Shown: positions 37,100 through 43,044 of the stretch, one piece after another
How positions within the stretch are numbered: the stretch's first letter is position 1
How the letters are laid out: each line of letters starts with the position of its first letter
Source of the DNA: Polyangia bacterium
GTDB lineage: Bacteria > Myxococcota_A > Polyangia > Fen-1088
Direction of reading: 5' to 3'
DNA length: 43,044 nt
Assembly: GCA_036271915.1 (NCBI GenBank)
Contig: DATAZS010000509.1
Span: 1-43,044, forward strand
Translations under genes and position numbers: made by a program
The notes under the pieces: generated by a model
What the model saw: the letters and a program-made list of their open reading frames with translations, nothing else
The model's database searches: none
Told to the model about the DNA's origin: nothing

Positions 37100-37870
37100 T
37101 CAGCGCGGCGCGGGCGTTCCCGGGACGCACTTGCCGTTCGAGCACAGCGCGACCTGAAAGAGACATGGCGGCTCTACGTTGGTGGGCGGGCAGGTCCCGC
37201 AGTCGGACGTTGCCTCCGCGTCGAGGTTTGACGTCGCGGTCATGACGAGCGCGGCGTTGACCACCGTCCCGCAGTTGTGGGCGCACTGATTGCTCTCGGT
37301 GAACAACGCGCAGTCGTCGTCGGACGTGCAGCCGCCCTCGGTGTACTTATCGACCAGCTCGGCCCTGAGAGCCAAGTATCGTTGCCGACCCGTCGCGCAC
37401 GCGGAGTCGTCGAGGCCAGGCATGCAGGTGGCGCAGCACTGACCGGCCGCCTTCTCGAGGTGGGTGTTGGGGCCGCACGTGGGGACGACGCACGCGCCGT
37501 TGCAGACGATCGGCTTGCAGACGGGGCAGCACGACGCGGGATCCGCGGTGGCGACGTAGCCCGGCGCGCACAAGACGGCGTCGCAGGCGCACGGTCCGAT
37601 CTCCCCGCCGGCCGCTCCGCCCGTCGCGCCCGCCGACCCGCCAACTGCGCCCGCGTCGCCGGCGCCCGCGCTTCCCGTGGTCGCGCCCGCTTGCCCTTGG
37701 GAACCGCCCGTCTGTCCGCCCGTTCCGGTTCCCGTCGGCGACGCTCCGGCAGAGCCGCCGTCGGGGTGGGGCAAGCCCAGCGTGCGGGAATCGCAAGCGG
37801 AGAGCACGACCACGCAGGTCCCGAGAGCCATCACGACGGCCATGGAGTTGGAGCGATGCTGACGGGTCAT
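37100..37870 (-). CDS. Secreted Cys-rich lipoprotein with a VWC-like CCxxC motif
   Basis: ATG 37870 with an AAGGTGG RBS. Signal/lipobox MAVVMALGTCVVVLSACD, a Gly/Thr/Ala-rich linker, then the Cys-rich core GPCACDAVLCAPGYVATADPASCCPVCKPIVCNGACVVPTCGPNTHLEKAAGQCCATC. Confidence 0.85.
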   Translation of the reverse strand: MTRQHRSNSMAVVMALGTCVVVLSACDSRTLGLPHPDGGSAGASPTGTGTGGQTGGSQGQAGATTGSAGAGDAGAVGGSAGATGGAAGGEIGPCACDAVLCAPGYVATADPASCCPVCKPIVCNGACVVPTCGPNTHLEKAAGQCCATCMPGLDDSACATGRQRYLALRAELVDKYTEGGCTSDDDCALFTESNQCAHNCGTVVNAALVMTATSNLDAEATSDCGTCPPTNVEPPCLFQVALCSNGKCVPGTPAPR

Positions 37871-38150
37871 GAAGCCACCTTTCGACTGAAGATCTTCGAC
37901 CTCGGGCCCCGGGTCAATGCGCGGCCTCCCGTCGCAATGCACGTGCCATGCAGCCTCGCCGCCCAGAACGCTTATGTCACAAGCGCCATCATCAGGCGGG
38001 GGTCGAACAAAGTCCGAAGACAGAAGTTATTCCCGATCGCGATCATTTTCGGTCCCGCTCGGCAGCGCGCGGAATGGCCCGAAGATGTTGCACCCAGCGA
38101 AGTTAGAACGAATCACTTGGCCGCCTCGGTGTGATAGACACTAGCCCACC

Positions 38151-39695
38151 ATGAGCAAGCGGAGCCTCTCCGTCGGGGTCAGTCGTAGAAAGTTTCTCGG
38201 AGTCTCGGCGGTGAGTATGGCGGCGGCGACAGCGGCGAAGGCGGCTTCCAAGGGTGACAAGTCCGACAAGAGGGGCGCTGTGAAAGACGGGGGCAAGGGC
38301 GGGGACGTTTTCCCCAAGGACTTCTTGTGGGGCGCCGCGACGGCGTCGTACCAGATCGAGGGCGCGGCCAACGAAGACGGCAAGGGCCAGTCGATCTGGG
38401 ACGTCTTCTGCAAGAAGAAAGGCGCCATCTTCGAGGGGCACACGGGCGACGTCGCCTGCGACCATTACCACCGCTACAAAGAGGACCTCGCGCTGCTCAA
38501 GCAGCTGGGCGCGAAGGCCTATCGCTTCAGCGTGTCGTGGCCCCGCATCATTCCCGAGGGCACGGGGACCGTGAACCCCAAGGGCGTCGACTTCTACGAT
38601 CGCCTCGTCGACGAGATCCTGCGCAACGACCTCAAGCCTCTGTGCACGGCGTTCCACTGGGACTACCCGCAGGCGCTCTACAAAAGAGGCGGCTGGCTCA
38701 ACCGCGACTCGGCCGACTGGTTCGCCGAGTACTGCGCCGTCATCGGCGACAAGCTCGGCGATCGCGTCAAGACGTGGGCGACGCAGAACGAGCCGCAGTG
38801 CTACATCGGGCTCGCGCTCCTCGACGGCGTGCACGCGCCCGGCGACAAGCTCGAGTTTTCGAAGTACCTCGTCGCGGCGCACAACTCGATGCGCGCGCAC
38901 GGCAAGGGCGTGCAGGCGCTGCGCGCGCACGTCAAGGACGCGAAGATCGGGTACGTGCTCGCGGCGCAGATCACGCAGCCGGCGAGCGACAAGGCCGAGG
39001 ACGTCGAGGCCGCGCGTCAGGCCATCTTCTCCGCCACCGTGCGCGACCCGTGGCGCAACTCTTGGTGGACGGACCCCGTGATGTTCGGCAAGTACCCCGA
39101 GGACGGCGTCGCCTTTTACGGCAAGGACATGCCGAAGGTGAAGGCGAGCGACCTCGACGAGATGAAGCAGCCGATCGACTACCTCGGCCTCAACATCTAC
39201 AAGGCCGATACGTACAAGAAGGGCGCGAACGGCAAGCCGGAGATGGTCCCGTATCCGCCCGGCTATCCGCGCTCGGGCGTCGACTGGCAGCCCATCACGC
39301 CAGCGGCGCTGTACTGGGGTCCGCGCTTCTTCTACGAGCGCTACAAGGTCTCCCTCGCGATCACGGAGAACGGCCTCTCGACGCGCGACCAGGTGTTCCT
39401 CGACGGCAAGGTCCACGATCCGCAGCGCAGCGATTACATGCACCGCGTGCTGCTCGAGCTCGCGCGCGCCATCAAGGACGGCGTGCCCGTGAACAGCTAC
39501 TACGCGTGGTCACTGCTCGACAACTTCGAGTGGGCCGACGGCTACAAGCAGCGCTTCGGCATGATCTACGTCGACTACACGAACCAGAAGCGCATCCCCA
39601 AAGAGTCGTACGAGTGGTACCGCAAGGTCATCGCGACGAACGGCCGCAGCCTGCTCGACCACGGCACCATGCCGATCACGCAAGTGACGGCCTAG
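38151..39695 (+). CDS. GH1-family beta-glucosidase with a twin-arginine (Tat) signal peptide
   Basis: Tat motif SRRKFLGVSAVSMAAATAAKA. GH1 signatures FLWGAATASYQIEG and YRFSVSWPRI. Acid/base Glu in TQNEP and nucleophile Glu in ITENG. Confidence 0.93.
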   Translation: MSKRSLSVGVSRRKFLGVSAVSMAAATAAKAASKGDKSDKRGAVKDGGKGGDVFPKDFLWGAATASYQIEGAANEDGKGQSIWDVFCKKKGAIFEGHTGDVACDHYHRYKEDLALLKQLGAKAYRFSVSWPRIIPEGTGTVNPKGVDFYDRLVDEILRNDLKPLCTAFHWDYPQALYKRGGWLNRDSADWFAEYCAVIGDKLGDRVKTWATQNEPQCYIGLALLDGVHAPGDKLEFSKYLVAAHNSMRAHGKGVQALRAHVKDAKIGYVLAAQITQPASDKAEDVEAARQAIFSATVRDPWRNSWWTDPVMFGKYPEDGVAFYGKDMPKVKASDLDEMKQPIDYLGLNIYKADTYKKGANGKPEMVPYPPGYPRSGVDWQPITPAALYWGPRFFYERYKVSLAITENGLSTRDQVFLDGKVHDPQRSDYMHRVLLELARAIKDGVPVNSYYAWSLLDNFEWADGYKQRFGMIYVDYTNQKRIPKESYEWYRKVIATNGRSLLDHGTMPITQVTA

Positions 39696-39705
39696 CGGCC
39701 GCAGA

Positions 39706-41334
39706 TTAGCGCTTGGTTTTGCTCGCGGTAACCGCGGGCGTCTCGGCGGAGGCGATCCAGTCGACCATGGCGTCGGCTTGGGCGGCGGGAGGCATGGCGC
39801 CGACCTGCGCGAGGAGCCAATCACCGGCGCGTTCGCGTTCGCCGCGCGCGAGCAGCGCGCGGTAGACCCAGACGCCCATCTTCGGATCGGACGCGAGGCT
39901 CGCGAGCTTGGCGTCGTCGGCCGCGACGAGCCCCAGGCCGCGCATCTCGGCGTCGCTCGAAGGCGGCTCGAGGAAGGTCTTGAATGCGGGGAACGTGCCC
40001 TTCGCGTGGCGCTTGAGCAGCAGCTCGCCCGCGGCGCGCTGCACGGGGACGAGCGGGCGCCGCATGAGCTTGGCGATGAAGCCCGTCGCCGCCTCCGTGG
40101 GCACGCGGTCGAGCTCGTGCAACACCGCGACGGCGGGGCGCGGGTCGCTGTCGCGGAAGAGCATGTAGAGATCGTCGAAGTCGCTGTCGCCGCCCGCGCG
40201 CACGACGCCCGCCGAGCCTGCCGTGCGCAGCTCGATGGCCGGGTCCTTGAGCAGGTGGACCATGGCGAGCATCTTGGCGCGGCCCGCGCCCGGACGAACC
40301 TGGGCGAGCGAGGCCGCGGCGCGCACGCCGACGTTGTCGTCCTTCGTCGCGGTCGCGACGGCCGTCTTCGCGGCGTCGTCGTCGACATTGCCGAGCGCCG
40401 TCACGGCGGCCACGCGCACGTCCGTCTTCGACTTCGGGTTCTCGAGCAGCTTGACGAGCTCGGGGACGCACGCCGTCTCGTTCGACGTCGCGAGCGCCTG
40501 CGCCGCCGTGAGCTGCTCGGCGGCGTTCGCGCTCTCGAGGCTCGCCTTGACGAGCGGGCAGATCGCGACCTTATCCGCGGCGAGGATGGCGCCGGCCGCG
40601 CGCGCATCGGCCGGCTTCTTGACGTCGACCTTGAGCCACGCGAGGGCGTCGGCGTCACCGCGGCTCGCGAGCACGTTCGCGATCTTCGTCGTCATCCACG
40701 GCGCCTTCGGGGCGCCGCGCAGCCACTCGCCCGCGAGCGCGCTCACTGACGGCTCGGCGTGCAGGCCGCCCGCGCGCGCCGCGATGACACGCGCGACGAT
40801 CTCGTCGCGACGTCCGGCCTTCATGAGCTTGGGGATCGCGATCTGCAGCGGATCATCGACGTGCAGCACCGTGATGCCCGAGCAGCGGCGCTCGTCGCGC
40901 GCGAAGACCCAGTGCAGGTGCAGGTTGTCGTCGTCGGAGCGCGACGAGACGGGCGGAACGGGGAAGGGCACGCTGTCCTTGAGCACCTCTGGGATCGCGT
41001 CGTCGAAGCCGGCGAAGCCCGAGACCTTCGTGAGCGTCGCCGAGATGAGCTTGCCCTGCGCCGAGATCACGACGTCCGCCTCGGCGACGCGAGAGCCGTC
41101 GTTGAGCGGGTTGTCGAGCGCGAGGTTCTGGCCGATGAGCGCGAGGAAGTTGTCGGTCCAGCGCTTGTGGACGTGCGCGTGGATTGTGCGCAGGTACTCG
41201 ACGTCGTTCGGGCCGCCCACGACGGCGGGCTCGGCCTTCTTGTCCGACGGCAGTTGAGCGGCGACGGCGCGGCCGCCGGAAAGAGCCGCGAGGGCGGCCA
41301 CCAACAACGCTGTCCCTTCGGATCGTCGTGTCAT
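39706..41334 (-). CDS. Secreted TolA/TonB_2-like domain protein fused to HEAT/ARM-like repeats
   Basis: Signal peptide ALLVAALAALSGGRAVAA. The N-terminal module YLRTIHAHVHKRW...ADVVISAQGKLISATLTKVSGFAGFDDAIPEVLKDSVPFPVPP fits the TonB_2/TolA C-terminal pattern. The rest is helical repeats (DVRVAAVTALGNV, NVGVRAAASLAQV). Confidence 0.82.
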   Translation of the reverse strand: MTRRSEGTALLVAALAALSGGRAVAAQLPSDKKAEPAVVGGPNDVEYLRTIHAHVHKRWTDNFLALIGQNLALDNPLNDGSRVAEADVVISAQGKLISATLTKVSGFAGFDDAIPEVLKDSVPFPVPPVSSRSDDDNLHLHWVFARDERRCSGITVLHVDDPLQIAIPKLMKAGRRDEIVARVIAARAGGLHAEPSVSALAGEWLRGAPKAPWMTTKIANVLASRGDADALAWLKVDVKKPADARAAGAILAADKVAICPLVKASLESANAAEQLTAAQALATSNETACVPELVKLLENPKSKTDVRVAAVTALGNVDDDAAKTAVATATKDDNVGVRAAASLAQVRPGAGRAKMLAMVHLLKDPAIELRTAGSAGVVRAGGDSDFDDLYMLFRDSDPRPAVAVLHELDRVPTEAATGFIAKLMRRPLVPVQRAAGELLLKRHAKGTFPAFKTFLEPPSSDAEMRGLGLVAADDAKLASLASDPKMGVWVYRALLARGERERAGDWLLAQVGAMPPAAQADAMVDWIASAETPAVTASKTKR

Positions 41335-41393
41335 TCGTTTCTCTTCCTTCGGCTCCCCGGGCCGCCAGCTTAATTCCGGAGGGTCTTCGTGGT

Positions 41394-42494
41394 ATGCCGG
41401 GCGGCATGAATGGGATGCGTCACACGTTCATGGTGGGGGTGTGTGCGGCCATGTCGGTGTGGTCCGCGGGATGCGCCGGGCTGAAGCTGCAGCTCGTCGA
41501 CGCGTCGGTGCGCAAGCCGTCGAACGTCGCCGTGTACTTCACGGTCGACACGCGCGGTGGTGAGCCGGTGGCCGACCTCACGCCGCAGGACTTCCACATC
41601 TATGAGGACAGCCAGCCGGTCTCGATCCTCGAGAGCAAGCAGACGATCCTGCAGGAGCAGGTCGCGGCCATCCACTACACGCTGCTGCTCGTCGACATGA
41701 GCGGCAGCGTCGTCGACTCGGGCGACATGCCGACGCTGATTCAGGCAGCGGCGTCGTTCGCCGATCGCGTGGGGCCGTACCAGAAGGTGGCCGTGTACAC
41801 GTTCGACGGCAGCGCCCACCTCACGCCGCTCGTCGGCTTCGGCGGGAACGTGCGCGCGGGTGTGAGCGCGCTCGCGACGCGGCGGCCGCGCGATCCGTCG
41901 ACGAACCTCAACGGCGGCGTCATCGAGGGCGTGCGCGTGCTGTCGCAGCAGATGGAGCACGCGCCCGTGCCGCTGCGCTTCGGTACGCTCGTCGTGTTCA
42001 CCGACGGCACGGATCGCGCCCACCGCGCGAGCCCCGAGGACGTCGGCCACGCGCTCGACGGCGCGGGCTTCGAGACCTACGTCATCGGCGTGGGCCAGGA
42101 GGTCGACCGGCGCCAGCTCGAGCGCATCGGGCGCTCGGGTACGTTTGCGTCGAACGATCGCGCGGACGTCCAGAAGGGGTTCGACGAGATCGCGGCGCGC
42201 ATCGAGGCGTCGTCGCGGCGCTATTACCTGCTGTCGTACTGCTCGCCGTCGCGCGCGGGCGAGCACGACGTCGAGGTCGAGGCCGTCGCGCACGGCACGG
42301 CGGGGCGGCTGCACTATCGCTTCGACGCGACGGGCTTCGGCCCGACCTGCGATCCGAACCAGCGGCCCTCGTTCGACGTGCGGCACCCGCGCGCCGTGCC
42401 GCCCGATCGCGCGGCGCCCGAGGCGGCGCCGCCGGCCCACGCGTCGTCGCGGCCACCGGCCTCGAGCGCTCAGGGCTGGCAACCGGCGCGCTGA
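41394..42494 (+). CDS. von Willebrand factor A (VWA) domain lipoprotein
   Basis: ATG 41394 lies 10 nt after GGAGGG (41378-41383). Signal/lipobox FMVGVCAAMSVWSAGCAG. MIDAS motif LLLVDMSGSV, plus TNLNGG and FTDGTD. The track start 41184 adds 70 Arg-rich residues. Confidence 0.88.
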   Translation: MPGGMNGMRHTFMVGVCAAMSVWSAGCAGLKLQLVDASVRKPSNVAVYFTVDTRGGEPVADLTPQDFHIYEDSQPVSILESKQTILQEQVAAIHYTLLLVDMSGSVVDSGDMPTLIQAAASFADRVGPYQKVAVYTFDGSAHLTPLVGFGGNVRAGVSALATRRPRDPSTNLNGGVIEGVRVLSQQMEHAPVPLRFGTLVVFTDGTDRAHRASPEDVGHALDGAGFETYVIGVGQEVDRRQLERIGRSGTFASNDRADVQKGFDEIAARIEASSRRYYLLSYCSPSRAGEHDVEVEAVAHGTAGRLHYRFDATGFGPTCDPNQRPSFDVRHPRAVPPDRAAPEAAPPAHASSRPPASSAQGWQPAR

Positions 42495-42545
42495 AGCAAA
42501 CTTTTCGTCTGGTCACCGCGCGTCCGCCGACCCTCCCCGTGGGCC

Positions 42546-42563
42546 TGTCATGGGTGTCATGGG
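42546..42563 (+). repeat. Perfect tandem direct repeat TGTCATGGG x2 in the intergenic region upstream of the DUF1587-type gene
   Basis: Read directly. It lies 94 nt upstream of ATG 42657. Confidence 0.8.
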
Positions 42564-42656
42564 AATCTCGGACTCGGGCGTGATCGCGCGGAATCGGGCG
42601 GTGCGACCCAGAAAGTGGACGCGATGCGCACGAATCGCGCGTCGTTCGGCCATTCA

Positions 42657-43044
42657 ATGATGATGCGCGTGCATTTCGTCGTCTCGGGCGTCGCCGCGCC
42701 GCTGCTCCTCTCGCTCGTCCTGGCGACGGCAGGCGGCTGCCGCGGCGTCATCAGCGCATCGGGTCAGCAGCCGAGCTTCTCGGGGACGGGCGGCACGACG
42801 GGCACCGCCGGGGCTTCGGCCGTGGACGCCGGTAGCGCCGACGCCGCGATCGCGCCGCTCGTGCCGGGGCGCGCGCCGCTGCGTCGCCTGTCGAACGTCG
42901 AGTACGACAACACCGTGCGCGATCTGCTCGGAGACAAGACGCAGCCCGCGCTGAAGTTCGATCCCGACACGCTGGCCGACGGCTTCACGAACAACGCCGA
43001 CACGCAGAATGTGGGCACGAACCTCGCGCAGGACTACCTCACGG
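42657..43044 (+). CDS. DUF1587/DUF1592-type lipoprotein, N-terminal part only (runs off the window)
   Basis: MMMRVHFVVSGVAAPLLLSLVLATAGGC (signal + lipobox), then RRLSNVEYDNTVRDLLGD, the DUF1587 signature. The frame stays open to position 43044. It is absent from the ORF track because it has no stop. Confidence 0.85.
   Translation, partial: MMMRVHFVVSGVAAPLLLSLVLATAGGCRGVISASGQQPSFSGTGGTTGTAGASAVDAGSADAAIAPLVPGRAPLRRLSNVEYDNTVRDLLGDKTQPALKFDPDTLADGFTNNADTQNVGTNLAQDYLT

Noticed and set aside
35305-37245. A 646-aa plus-strand ORF and the 438-aa minus-strand ORF 35696..37012.
   Set aside because: Their products are extremely Arg/Ala-rich. The frame starting at 35561 has hydrophobic segments and ordinary composition.
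38103-39709. ORFs 38103..39443 (minus) and 38327..39709 (plus) overlapping the GH1 gene, plus 39778..40749, 40223..41257 and 41370..42482 over the neighbouring genes.
   Set aside because: These are shadow frames. The chosen frames carry GH1, TonB_2/HEAT and VWA signatures.

Overview
Very GC-rich bacterial chromosomal DNA: third codon positions are almost always G/C, and I estimate about 70% GC by eye. The gene content looks myxobacterial (PEGA, NHL, RCC1 and DUF1587-type proteins, many Cys-rich lipoproteins, dense Che/two-component signalling), but that is inference only. I can support 40 protein-coding genes. I found no rRNA or tRNA genes, no CRISPR array and no transposase or integrase. Most long ORFs in the supplied track are Arg/Gly/Asp-rich shadow frames of the real genes.

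Positions 1-14210 are a single same-strand (minus) array. It holds a translationally coupled chemosensory operon, cheY-cheA-cheW-mcp-HEAT-cheR-cheB. Downstream of it lie a 90-codon ORF and an ECF sigma / FecR-like anti-sigma / secreted-protein module.

Positions 14316-25763 (mostly plus strand) carry:
- a REC-first PAS histidine kinase;
- two orphan receivers;
- a block of small stress-type membrane proteins;
- an unannotated metallothionein-like mini-ORF;
- a CheB-CheR fusion/PAS protein followed by a hybrid kinase, a LuxR-type regulator and a paralogous kinase.

Together this makes 7 receiver domains, 2 CheB domains, 2 CheR domains, 1 CheA and 3 HisKA kinases in about 21 kb.

The right-hand 17 kb encodes envelope and secreted functions: a ClC channel, RCC1/NHL/PEGA/VWA/Cys-rich lipoproteins, YtxH- and DUF883-like proteins, a GNAT, a TrxC-like thioredoxin, a Tat-signal GH1 beta-glucosidase and a TolA/TonB_2-HEAT protein.

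The strongest candidate for something new is the Che7-like operon. Its transmembrane-less 861-aa receptor has the signalling hairpin at its exact centre, and its C-terminal arm is built from about 12 tandem 28-residue (4-heptad) modules. It is paired with a 782-aa all-HEAT protein.

Secondary candidates:
- the split CheB-CheR/PAS/kinase/LuxR unit, with a 9 x 21-bp 'NEELQSx' heptad array;
- the 53-codon Cys-rich ORF at 18399-18560;
- a roughly 20-nt AT-rich motif shared by two promoter regions.
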